From assembly GCA_015134375.1 (NCBI GenBank), contig CP043980.1:96384-160383 (forward strand): a stretch of 64,000 nucleotides of DNA, written 5' to 3'. The notes beneath the pieces are model-generated. The model saw only the letters and a list, made by a program, of their open reading frames with translations, made no database searches and was not told where the DNA came from. This DNA comes from Candidatus Stammera capleta (lineage in GTDB: Bacteria; Pseudomonadota; Gammaproteobacteria; Enterobacterales; Enterobacteriaceae). The number at the start of each line of letters is the position of its first letter. The first letter of the stretch is position 1. The translations under genes and the position numbers were made by a program. Below are positions 33,032 to 44,277 of the stretch, piece after piece.

Positions 33032-34693
33032 ATGAAAACAAAAAATTATTGTTTATTTACTAATAAAAATAAAAAATTTGATAATAATATATATAATATA
33101 TTAATTAATGGTGGTTTTATTAGAAAATTATGTTCAGGTATTTTTATTATATTACCTAATGGTTTAAGGATTATTAATAATATTATTAATATAATAAAAT
33201 TAGAAATGAATAATTTTAATTGTTTAGAAATAAAATTACCTTCTATCATACCTTCAATATTATGAAAAAAAAGTGGTAGATTAAAAAGTTATGGTGATGA
33301 ATTATATAAAATATATGATAGGAATAATAAATTATTTTTAATTTCTCCTACTAATGAAGAAGTTATTACTAATTTTTTTTTTAAAGAAAAATATTTATTA
33401 AATAATTTCCCTTATATTTTTTATCAAATTAATGATAAATTTAGAGATGAAATTAGACCTAGATTTTCATTAGTTAGATGTAAAGAATTTATTATGAAGG
33501 ATGCTTATTCATTTCATAAATCATTAAATTGTTTAAATAATATTTATTATAAAATGATTGATATTTATAAAAAAATATTTAATTTACTTGGTTTAAATAT
33601 TTTTTATAAAAAAGCTAAATGTGGTAAAATAGGTGGTAGTTATTCACATGAATTTCATGTTTTATCTAATTATGGTGAAAATAATATATTAATTAATAAA
33701 ATTATATATAATAAAATATTTTATAAATTTAAAAATAAAAATATTTATTTAAATAATTTAAAGTATTTATATATAAATAAAAAAGATAGTTTTATTAATA
33801 AAGTTAATTTTTTTAATTTTGTTAAAACTTATATATTGAAAATTTTTTTTAGAAGTAAAATAATTTTTTTAATATTATTAATTGCTTATTATAATAAAAT
33901 AGATTTAAATAAAGTTAAAAAATTATATCCTTTATGCATTAAAATAAAAATTTTAGATAAAAAGGATATTTTAAATATTTTTAATATAAATTATATATTT
34001 TTAGGACCATTTGGTTTTAATTTTAGAATAATAGCAGATAATTTTTTAATAAATTATAAAAATTTTTTAATAGGTTCTAATTTAAATAATTATATTTTTA
34101 AAAATGTTAATTGAATTTTACATATTAATGTTTCAAATTTTGTTGATATAAAAAAAAATTATAGTTTTTTTGTAGATAAATGTAAATATTTAGATTTATT
34201 TAAAGAAAAAAAATCAATGGAAATTGCACATGTTTTTAAATTATCTAATTATTATTCAAATTTTTTTAATAATAATAATAATGATATATTTATGGGATGT
34301 TATGGTATAGGTGTTTTTCGTATTTTTATTAGTTTAATTGAGAGTTATAGTATTTCAGGAAAATTAATATTACCTTTATCTATATCTAATTTTAAAATAG
34401 GTATTATACCAATTAATATGTATAATATTAAAATTGTTTATAATTTATCTTTTAAAATATATAGATTTTTAATTAAAAATAAAATTGAAGTATTAATAGA
34501 AAATAGAGATATATATTTTGGTAATATGATAAATGATTTTGAATATATAGGTATTCCTAATATTATAATTATTAGTGAAAGATTATTGTTAAATAACTTA
34601 ATTGAATTTAGAGATAGATTTAATAAATTAAATCAATTTATAAATATAAATAAAATTTTTGATTTTTTATTATTTAAATATATTAAAAATTAA
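33032..34693 (+). CDS. proS: prolyl-tRNA synthetase (bacterial type with INS domain)
   Basis: Track ORFs 33032..33265, 33494..34114 and 34217..34693 are all in one frame and bridged by TGA codons. Motifs: W-KKSGRLKSYGDELY, FRDEIRPRFSLVRCKEFIMKDAYSFH, GGSYSHEFHV, MGCYGIGVFRI. Confidence 0.9.
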
Positions 34694-36000
34694 TAATTTT
34701 TTTTAAATATTATATTTCAATTTTTTTTTTTATATTTACCATATTTAGTTACAAATAAATTTGGACTTAATATAGGTTTTTTATTATAAAATATTATTGG
34801 AGTAAATTCTCTTTCTCAAGGTAATATATTATATTCTTGTCATATTTTTTTAATTTTTTTTTTTTTTTTTTTATATATTTGTATTTTTTTTTTTATTTTA
34901 AATTTTATATATATTTTTTCATTTTTATAAGGTTTTCTTATTTTATTTTTATATTTATATTTTTTTTTGTTTTTTTTATTTATATATAATATTCCAATTT
35001 TATTAGGTAATTTTATATATTTATTTTTTTTATTTCATAAAATTTTTTTATTTTTTAATTTATTTATTTTTTTACTTAAATAAAGTTTATTTTTATATTT
35101 ATTTATATTAAATTTTTTAAAGTTTAATTGAAAATATTCTTTTTTTTTATTTTTTTTAATATTTTTTATAAGTAAATTAATTAATTTATATGAAAGTACT
35201 TTTTGTTTATTTAAATTTATAAATTTTCTTAATATTATTATAATTTCTTCTTTTTTTAATTTTATTATTTTTTTTATGTTAATTATTTTATTTTTTATTA
35301 TTTTTTTAATTTTTTTTTTCATTAAGTATTTTATTAATTTATTTTGATTTTTACATATTTTTGAATTTCTTATTATTGATGATATAAAAAATGGTCATCT
35401 TTTATTTATTATTGGTAATATTTTAATTCTTAGAAAGTTTCTATCTAATTTTAGATTTTTGTTTTCTATATCTTCTATTCATTTAATTTTTTTTTTTATA
35501 GCATATCTTTTAATTTCTTTTTTATCTATATTAATTAATGGTCTTATAATGTTTAAATTATTTATTTTTTTTTTTTTTTTTATTCCTGTTAATCCTTTAA
35601 TTCCACATCCTCTTATTAAATATAAAATAATAGTTTCTAAATTATCATTTTTATGATGTGCAGTTAGTAATATTTCTTTTTTTTTTATGTATTTTTTATA
35701 ATAACTATATCTTTTTTTTCTTAAATTATTTTCTAAATTTTTTTTATATTTTTTATATATTTTTTTAATTATTAATTGTATTTTTAATTTTTTACAAAAA
35801 TTTATACAATGTTTTTCTATTTTTATAGATTTATTATTTAAATTATGATTTATATGTATTGCTCTTACATTTTTTTTTTTAATTTTTTTTATTATATAAA
35901 GTAATACTGTTGAATCTAATCCTCCACTATATCCTATTAAAAAATTTTTTTTTTTTTTTATTAAATTTTTAACTTTATTTTTTATTGAAAGTTTATTCAT
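34690..36000 (-). CDS. tilS: tRNA(Ile)-lysidine synthase TilS
   Basis: PP-loop LIGYSGGLDSTVLL. The frame of track ORFs 35479..36000 and 35035..35322 continues through TGA codons (WIEDIENKNLKLDRNFLR.., RWPFF..) and an in-frame T19 tract to the TilS C-terminal motif KKIWQEYNILPWEREFTPIIFYNKKPI and TAA 34690-34692. I checked codon by codon from 35035 to the stop. Total 436 aa. The stop overlaps the proS stop. Confidence 0.85.
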
Positions 36001-36093
36001 TTAAATTTTTTTATTATTTATTTAAATTATTTATATTTTATTGATTTTATTTATATATAATTATATAATAATATTTATATTTTTTATTAAACT

Positions 36094-36166
36094 GGGTCGT
36101 TAGCTCAGTAGGTAGAGCAGTTGACTTTTAATCAATTGGTCACAGGTTCGAATCCTGTACGACCCA
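36094..36166 (+). tRNA. tRNA-Lys (anticodon UUU)
   Basis: GGGTCGTTAGCTCAGTAGGTAGAGCAGTTGACTTTTAATCAATTGGTCACAGGTTCGAATCCTGTACGACCCA, nearly the same as E. coli tRNA-Lys. Confidence 0.92.
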
Positions 36167-36167
36167 T

Positions 36168-36458
36168 TTATCTTATGAAATCTATATGTAATATTTTATT
36201 TTTAAATGGATGTTTTTGTATTTCTTTTATTTTACATATAATTTTTTTTTTTTTTATATCAATAATTATTATTATATTTTTAATTTTTTTTTTGTTTTTA
36301 ATTATATTTCATATTGAATTATATTTAATTTTTATGTTTATATTTTTTTTATTTTTATTATATATTATTGATGGTATATAATTTTTTTTTCTTATTTTTT
36401 TACTATTTTGTGTTCCTAATTTATATCTATATTTTGCTTTTATTATAAATTTTTTCAT
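36168..36458 (-). CDS. rplY: 50S ribosomal protein L25
   Basis: Not in the track (one TGA). The translation is MKKFIIKAKYRYKLGTQNSKKIRKKNYIPSIIYNK..IKEIQKHPFKNKILHIDFIR, versus E. coli L25 ..[49 protein letters not shown]. I checked it codon by codon. Confidence 0.85.
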
Positions 36459-36490
36459 TTTTTATTTAAATATTGTAAATAATGTATTTT

Positions 36491-36784
36491 TTAATTTTTA
36501 TTAATTTTATTTTTATTTATAATTTTATAAATATTATTTAAAGATGATTTTTCATATTTTTCTATTTTTTTTCAATATAATTGATATTCTTCTAAATATA
36601 TATGTATATAATTACCGTTATTATCTTCTATTAATACATGATATCATGGATTATTTTTTTTATTATTTTTTATATTTTTATTTTTAAATGAATATATTGG
36701 ATCTATATCTATAATTATTCCTAAAAATCCTAATAATTTATGTACAACAATTTGTCCTATATTAAATTTGCTATTTATTATCAT
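36491..36784 (-). CDS. hspQ: heat-shock protein HspQ (YccV / hemimethylated-DNA-binding family)
   Basis: Not in the track. [59 protein letters not shown] aligns with E. coli HspQ [58 protein letters not shown]. The Trp is TGA-encoded. Confidence 0.85.
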
Positions 36785-37791
36785 TATATTTTTCGAAATT
36801 TATTTTTATTAATATTTTTATTATCATTTATTCAAATTAATTTTTTCATTTTAATATATATATATGGTATTAATCCAGATATAAATATCATTAAAATTGT
36901 TATTGGATATCCATAATGTCAGTTTAATTCTGGTATGTATTTAAAATTCATTCCATATATTGATGATATTAAAGTAGGTGGTAAAAATATTACAGATATT
37001 ATTGAAAATATTTTTAATATATTATTTTGTTCTATATTTAGAAATCCCATTGCAGCTTGTATTAAAAAATTTATTTTTTGAAATAATGATTCATTGTAAG
37101 ATAGTAAAGATTCTATATCTGTTATTATTTCTTTAATTATTTTTATTTGTATATCATTAAAATTTATTTTACGTATTAGAAATTTTAATGCTCTTTTTGT
37201 ATCTATTAAACATATTCTAATTTTAGAAGTTATATCTTCTTTTTTAAATAAAATTAATATTGATACATTAAATTCATTATTATTTTTATCTATTGATATT
37301 ATTGAAGTTAAAGTTTCTAGATCTTTTGATATAATTTCTATTTCATTAGCTAATTGTTCTATTTTTATTTCAAATATATCTAATAATAATTTATATATAT
37401 TTTTACATATTATTTTTTGATTTAATATTCTATTTTCATATATATTAAATATTTTTAAATTTTTTTCTCTTAATGAATATAATTTATTATTTTTTAATGT
37501 AAAAGCAACTGTATGTATTTTCATATAGTCTTCTTTATTTTTTTCAAAAAAAAATGAATGTATATGTAATCCATTTTTGTCTTCGAAAAATCTTGCTGAA
37601 GACTCAATATTAATTAATTTTAAATTATTAATTATTTTTTGATTAAATATTTTTTTTATATTTAATTTTTCTATTTCAGTTGGATTTATAATATCTACTC
37701 AAAAATATTTTTTATTTTTTTTTTTTTTTAATTTATTTATATTTATTATTTTTTTTAAAATTTTTTTTTTAAATTTAAATATATTTAACAT
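36784..37791 (-). CDS. corA: magnesium/cobalt transport protein CorA
   Basis: Track ORF 36919..37524 (..[20 protein letters not shown], the GMN motif) extends upstream in the same frame through TGA codons to ATG 37791 ([23 protein letters not shown]). Downstream it extends through TGA 36919-36921 (..ELNWHYGYP..) to TAA 36784-36786. Its stop shares 1 nt with the hspQ start. Confidence 0.85.
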
Positions 37792-37944
37792 TTTTATTTT
37801 GCATTTATTTTTTGTTATTTTAAATATTTATTTTACATTAATTTTTTTATTTTTATATTTTTATTTATATTAAATATTTTATTTATTTAAAAAAAAATTA
37901 AAATATAGTAAAATAATTATTATTTATTTTGAGGAATTTTTTTT

Positions 37945-38274
37945 ATGAATAAAATTTTAGATATAACTGATAGTTTATTTAATAAAGAAGTTATAAAATA
38001 TAATGGATATGTTTTAGTAGATTTTTGAGCAAAATGATGTGGTCCTTGTAAATTGTTTTCTAATATTTTTAAAGATGTTTTTAATATTTATGTTAATAAA
38101 ATTAAATTTATTAAAATAAATATAGATAAAAATAATATAGTAATTAATAAATATAATATTACTAGTGTACCTACTTTAATATTATTTAAAAATGGTATAT
38201 TATTAAGTAAAAAAATAGGTCTTTTAAGTAAATTAGATATAATAAATTTTTTAAATTCTAATGGAATAAATTAA
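37945..38274 (+). CDS. trxA: thioredoxin
   Basis: GAGGA Shine-Dalgarno sequence at 37931. ..GYVLVDFWAKWCGPCKLF..: both Trp residues of the active-site region are TGA (38026-38028, 38035-38037). Also VPTLILFKNG. Confidence 0.92.
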
Positions 38275-38329
38275 TTATATTTTTAAATTTTATTAAAATT
38301 TTAATTGATAGTTAGTTATAATATATATT

Positions 38330-39592
38330 ATGAATTTTACGCAATTAAAAAGTATGTCTATTTCTGAATTAATTAATTTAGGAAAAAAAATTGGATTAGA
38401 AAATTTAATTAGAATGCGTAAACAAGATATAATTTTTTCTATTTTAAAACAACATACTAAAAGTGGTGAAAATATTTTTGGAAATGGAGTTCTAGAAATT
38501 TTACAAGATGGTTTTGGTTTTTTAAGATCTTCTGATAGTTCATATTTAGCTGGACCTGATGATATATATGTTTCTCCTAGTCAAATACGTAGATTTCATT
38601 TAAGAACTGGTGATACTATAACTGGTAAAATTAGACCACCTAAAGAAATAGAACGTTATTTTGCTTTATTAAAAGTTAATAAAATTAATTATGATAAACC
38701 AGAAAATTCTATTAATAAAATATTATTTGAAAATTTAACACCTTTACATGCTAATAATAGATTATATATGGAAATAGGTGATGGATCTTATGAAGATATT
38801 ACTGCTAGAGTTTTAGATTTATCTGCTCCTATAGGTAAAGGACAAAGAGGTTTAATAGTAGCACCTCCTAAAGCTGGTAAAACTATATTATTACAAAATA
38901 TAGCTAGAAGTATAAATAATAATTATCCTGATTGTATTTTAATAATATTATTAATTGATGAAAGACCAGAAGAAGTTACAGAAATGAATCGTTTAGTAAA
39001 AAAAAGTGAGGTTATAGCTTCTACTTTTGATGAACCTCCATCTAGACATGTTCAGGTTGCTGAAATGGTTATAGAAAAAGCTAAAAGATTAGTAGAACAT
39101 AAAAAAGATGTTATTATATTATTAGATTCTATTACTAGATTAGCTAGAGCGTATAATACTGTTGTTCCTGCATCTGGTAAGATTTTAACTGGAGGTATTG
39201 ATTCTAATGCATTACATAGACCAAAAAGATTTTTTGGTGCTGCTAGAAATATTGAAGAAGGAGGTAGTTTAACAATAATAGCTACTGCTTTAATAGATAC
39301 TGGATCTAAAATGGATGAAGTTATTTATGAAGAATTTAAAGGTACTGGTAATATGGAATTACATTTATCAAGAAAAATATCTGAAAAAAGAATATTTCCT
39401 GCGATAGATTATAATAGGTCAGGTACTAGAAAAGAAGAGTTATTAACATCTTCAAATGAGTTAAAGAAAATATGAATTTTAAGAAGAATTATTCAACCAA
39501 TGAATGAAATAGATTCTATGGAATTTTTAATAAAAAAGTTATTAATGACTAAAACTAATAATCAATTTTTTGAAATGATGAAAGGATCTTAA
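38330..39592 (+). CDS. rho: transcription termination factor Rho
   Basis: Highly conserved: [66 protein letters not shown]. The track ORF continues through TGA 39473-39475 to TAA 39590-39592 (420 aa). It follows trxA as in E. coli. Confidence 0.97.
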
Positions 39593-39667
39593 TTATTTAA
39601 ATAATTTATTATATATAATTTAGTAGTTTTTTTTTTAAAATTTTTATATAATATTTAATTAATATAT

Positions 39668-39741
39668 GGTGGTTATAGCTTAGTAGGTAGAGCACTGGAT
39701 TGTGGTTCCAGTTGTCATGGGTTCGATTCCCATTAACCACC
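39668..39741 (+). tRNA. tRNA-His (anticodon GUG)
   Basis: An extra 5' G(-1) pairs with C73 (GGTGGTTA../..TAACCACC). Anticodon stem CTGGA/TCCAG, loop TTGTGGT. Confidence 0.9.
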
Positions 39742-39745
39742 TTTT

Positions 39746-39819
39746 CGGTGAGTAGCGCAGTTTGGTAGCGCAACTGGTTTGGGACCAGTAGGTCGGAGGT
39801 TCAAATCCTCCCTTGCCGA
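39746..39819 (+). tRNA. tRNA-Pro (anticodon UGG)
   Basis: CGGTGAGTAGCGCAGTTTGGTAGCGCAACTGGTTTGGGACCAGTAGGTCGGAGGTTCAAATCCTCCCTTGCCGA. It is collinear with E. coli proM. Confidence 0.9.
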
Positions 39820-39850
39820 TATTTAAATTATTGAATAATTTTTTTTTTAA

Positions 39851-41482
39851 ATGAAAAAAAATATATTAGTTACATGTGCTTTTCCTTATTCTAATGGTCC
39901 TATTCATTTAGGTCATATTTTAGAACATATACAGGCAGATATATGAGTTAAGTATCAAAGATTATTAGGTAATAATGTTTATTTTATGTCTTCTGATGAT
40001 TCTCATGGTACTGCTGTTTTATTAAAATCTAAAGAATTAAATATTAATATAAAAAATATGATATATGAAAATTTTATTTCTCATAAAAATCAATTTTTTA
40101 AATTTAATATTATTCATGATATTTATTATAATACTAATAGTAAATATAATAAGTTATTTTTAATCAATTTAATAAAAAAATGTAATAAAAATAATTTATT
40201 ATATATTAAAAATATATTACAGTATTATGATATTAAAAAGAAAATTTTTTTACCTGATAGATATTTAATAGGAATATGTCCTAAATGTAAAAGTAATAAC
40301 CAGTATGGTGATAATTGTAATATATGTGGTGGATTTTATAATTCTTTAAATTTATTAAAACCTAAATCTATAATTAGTAATAGTATTCCTATATTACGTA
40401 ATTCAAAAAATTTATTTTTAAATATTACTAGATTTAAAAATAATATTTTAGATTGATTAAAAAATATAAAATTAAATGAATGTATTTTAAATCAATTAAT
40501 TAATTTTTTAAGTACTGATAATTTATTTGATTGAAATATTTCTAGAGATAAGCCTTATTTTGGTTTTAGAATTCCTAGTAATATTATAAATGAAAAATAT
40601 TTTTATGTTTGATTTGATGCTTTATTAGGTTATATAAGTTTATTTTATAAATTTTGTATTAAAAATAATAATAAAATATTATTTTATAATTTTTGAAATT
40701 TAAATAGTAATTATGAAATATATAATTTTATTGGTAAAGATGTATTATATTTTCATGGTATATTATGACCTTGTATTTTAGAAATTTTTAATTATAGAAA
40801 ACCTACTAATATAATAGTTCATGGTCATATTTTAGTAAATAATATTAAAATGTCTAAATCTTATGGAAATTTTATTACTATTTGTAAATGGTTAAATTAT
40901 TTTGATTCAGATAGTTTAAGATATTATTTTGCTAGTTTATTGTCTAGTAATGTATGTGATATTAATTTTTGTTTTAGAAATTTTATTAATAAAATAAATT
41001 CAGATTTAGTTAATAAATTTGTAAATATTGCTTCTAGAAACTCAACTTTTTTAGAAAATAAATTTAATAATATTTTATCTAATAAGTTATGAGATTATAA
41101 ATTTTATTATTTATTTTTAAATAAAAAAAATAAAATAAATGATTTGTATTTAAATTTTAATTATTCTAAAATATTGTTAGAAATAAATATATTATTTGAT
41201 ATTGTTAATAAATATATTAATGATAATAAACCTTGATATTTTTTTAATAATAATTTTAATAAATTACATATGTTTTGTACTACAATAATTAATATTTTTA
41301 GAGTTATATCTATTTATTTATATCCTATTATACCTAATATAATTAAAAAAGTAGAAATATATTTAAATGAAGTTTTAAGTTGAGATTCTTTAAATAATAT
41401 TTTATTAAATCATAAATTGTCAAAATATAATGTTTTATATTCAAAAATATTTTATAATAATGTTTTTGATTTAAATAAATAA
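39851..41482 (+). CDS. metG: methionyl-tRNA synthetase (core enzyme, no C-terminal tRNA-binding domain)
   Basis: [37 protein letters not shown].., zinc knuckle [39 protein letters not shown]. The track ORFs 39986.. and 40850.. are in this frame. The gene ends at TAA 41480-41482. Confidence 0.92.
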
Positions 41483-41544
41483 ATATTTTAAAATTATTAA
41501 TTTTAATATAATATATATGTATATATAAATATAGGGTTTTATTA

Positions 41545-41751
41545 ATGATTTATTTAAATATGAAAAAATCTATTAAAAATGTAAATAATAAGTTTGATTT
41601 GATTTTAATTACATCTTTTTTATCAAGACATATACAATTATATAATAAAAAATTTAATATAAAAAAATTAGATAAACCAATTATATTGGCTTTAAAAAAA
41701 ATTAGAAATAGAATTTTAAATAAAAATTTAATATTAAATATTATTATTTAA
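41545..41751 (+). CDS. hypothetical small basic protein (68 aa; alternative start 41560)
   Basis: An uninterrupted ORF in an otherwise unassigned 279-bp gap between metG and cca, on the same strand as both. I recognise no motif. An open frame of this length is unusual by chance at this AT content but not impossible. Confidence 0.3.
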   Translation: MIYLNMKKSIKNVNNKFDLILITSFLSRHIQLYNKKFNIKKLDKPIILALKKIRNRILNKNLILNIII

Positions 41752-41761
41752 AATATAAAAA

Positions 41762-42961
41762 ATGAAAATATATTTAGTAGGGGGATTTGTTAGAGATAAG
41801 TTATTAAAAATAAAAAGTTCTACAGATAAAGATTGAGTAGTTGTAGGTTCTAGTTATAATAAAATGATTAATTTAGGTTATAAATCTGTAGGAAAAATTT
41901 TTCCAGTTTTTATTCATCCTATTACTAAAGAAGAATATGCTTTAGCACGTAAAGAAAAGAAAATTGGTTTAGGATATAAAGGATTTAAATGTAATTATTC
42001 AAATAAAATTTCTTTAAAAGATGATTTATATAGAAGAGATTTAACTATAAATGCAATTGCTATGGATTGTTATGGAAATTATTATGATCCTTTTAAAGGT
42101 ATTTTAGATATAAAAAATAGAATTATTAGACATGTTTCTATTTATTTTCAAGATGATCCTTTAAGATTAATAAGAATAGCTAGATTTTATTCTTATTTAT
42201 TTGATTATAAATTTAGGATTAATTTTGATACTTTCATATTAATGAAGAAAATAGTTTTTAATAATGAATTAGTTAATATTTCTCCTGAAAGAATATGAAT
42301 AGAATTGAAAAAAGTTTTATCTTATAAATATTGTTTTTTTTTTTTTGTTATATTAAATGATTGTAATGCTTTAAATATAATTTTTCCTGAATTATTTTTT
42401 GTTTTTAATAATTTTAAATATAAATTTTATTTTTATTTATTTTTTAAAAAAGTTGATTTTTTTAAATATAATTTAGATTTAAATTTTGTTTTTTTATGTT
42501 TTTTTTTTTATAAAACTATTTTTTCAGATGAATATTTTATATATTATAAATTTACATTTAATAAAATAAGAAATTTTTGTTTAAGATTTCATTTACCTAG
42601 TAAATATTTTGTTTTATTTAGTAGAATTTTTTTTATATTAAAAGATATTTTTTTTTATAAAAAAAAAAAAAAATCTATTTTTATATTAGATATTTTTTAT
42701 AAAGCAAATATATTTAATAATTTAAGTATTTTGTTTAATATTTTAAAAGTAATTGATATTTTAATTAAATTTAATTTTAAAAATAAAAATATTTTAATTT
42801 TTTTACAAAATAATTTATATAAAATATTTAATTTATTAAATAATATCAATTATTATAAATTTATTAATTTTGTTAATAAAAAAAATATAAAAAAAAATAT
42901 ATATAATTTACGTTTAATTAAAATAAATAATTTTTTAAAAAAAATTAAAATTTTTCATTAA
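41762..42961 (+). CDS. cca: CCA-adding tRNA nucleotidyltransferase
   Basis: MKIYLVGGFVRDKLL..DKDWVVVGSS..VGKIFPVFIHPITKEEYALARKEKK..RRDLTINA..DPLRLIRIARF..ISPERIW-IELKK aligns residue for residue with the E. coli Cca head domain. Track ORFs 41864.. and 42305.. are in frame. Confidence 0.9.
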
Positions 42962-43940
42962 TTTTTCATTTTGGTTTTATAATTATTTTTAATGTTTTTT
43001 TTATTTTTTTTATATTTTTTTTTGATGCTGTATATGCTATCATTGTTGCATTATCAGTACAAAATTTTTTATTACATAAATATATATTTATTTTTTTTTT
43101 TTTTAAATTTTTTATTTTTTTTCTTAATTTTTTATTTTTACTTACACCCCCAACAATACTTATTTTATTAATATTATATTTTTTACATGCATTTTTTATT
43201 TTATATATAAATATATCTGTTATACATTCTTCTAATGATAAAGCTATATTAGATTTTTTTTTAAAATTTATTTTGTTATTATTAATATAATTTTTTATAT
43301 GTGTTTTTAATCCAGAAAAACTAAAATTTAAATTATTTTTTTTTATTAATGGTTTAGGAAAATTTAAGTTTATTTTTCCATATTTGGCTATTTTAGATAT
43401 ATATTTACCACCTATTTTTTTTAATTTAAGAAATTTAGATATTTTATCAAATACTTCTCCTGCTGAATCATCTAAACATTTTCCAATAATTTTATATTTA
43501 TTAAAATTTTTAATTATACATAGTAAAGTATTTGCGCCTGATGTTATTAATGATATAAAAGGAAATTTAGGTTTTTTTTTTTTTAGCATTATTGACATAA
43601 TATGTCCTTCAATATGATTTATAGGTATAGATGGTATTTTATAAATTAAAGATAAAGTTTTAGCCAAAGTTGTACCTATTATTAATGAATTTGGTAATCC
43701 TGGACCTGCAGTATATGCAATTAATTTTATATTTTTAATTTTTATTTTTGATTTTTTTATTATTTTTTTAAATAAGTATATTATTTTTTTATAATGGTAT
43801 TTTGATGCTATTTCAGGTATTATTCCTTTATATTTATTATTTATTTTATTTTGACTAAATATTTTGTTTATTATTTTATTTTTTTTATATATACATAATG
43901 CTGTTTCATCGCATGAAGTTTCTATTCCTAGTATTATCAT
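42918..43940 (-). CDS. tsaD: tRNA N6-adenosine threonylcarbamoyltransferase TsaD
   Basis: MIILGIETSCDETALCIY.., INHIEGHI, GGVSKN. The track ORF ends at TGA 42966-42968, which aligns with the conserved C-terminal Trp (..PRW..). With code 4 it continues to TAA 42918-42920 and overlaps the cca 3' end by 44 nt. It is divergent from rpsU, as in E. coli. Confidence 0.9.
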
Positions 43941-44040
43941 ATATTTATTTTTTTTTTAAATTATTATATAATAATAATATTATATATTTAAAATTTTTAA
44001 TTTATTTAAATTTAATTTTTTATTATAGGAATCTTAATTT

Positions 44041-44247
44041 ATGCCTTTTATTAAAATTAAAGATAATGAACCTTTTGATATGGCTTTAAGAAGATTTAAA
44101 AGATCTTGTGAGAAATCTGGTATTTTAACTGAAATTCGTAAAAGAGAATTTTATGAAAAACCAACTACTAAAAGAAAAAGAGCTAAAGCTTCGGCTATAA
44201 AAAGACGTATAAAGAAAAATTTTAATGATAGAATTTATAAAAGATAA
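44041..44247 (+). CDS. rpsU: 30S ribosomal protein S21
   Basis: [47 protein letters not shown]. Confidence 0.95.
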   Translation: MPFIKIKDNEPFDMALRRFKRSCEKSGILTEIRKREFYEKPTTKRKRAKASAIKRRIKKNFNDRIYKR

Positions 44248-44277
44248 AATTTTAAAATATTTTATTTTTATTTTTTT

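Noticed and set aside
34854-34872. The T19 tract inside tilS, suspected to be a second homopolymer frameshift like the one in pepA.
   Set aside because: Codon-by-codon tracing shows the same frame on both sides (..YKKKKKKIKKIWQEYNILPWERE..). The conserved TilS C-terminal motif follows in frame, so there is no disruption.
36121-36381. Track ORF 36121..36381(+), 86 aa. Also 35459..35656(+), 33046..33249(-), 9667..9894(+), 43384..43617(+), 43898..44089(+), 52129..52317(-) and 60826..61023(-).
   Set aside because: The first starts inside tRNA-Lys and is antisense to rplY. The others are antisense to tilS, proS, pnp, tsaD, dnaE and rplA, or span the tsaD-rpsU promoter gap. None has recognisable motifs.
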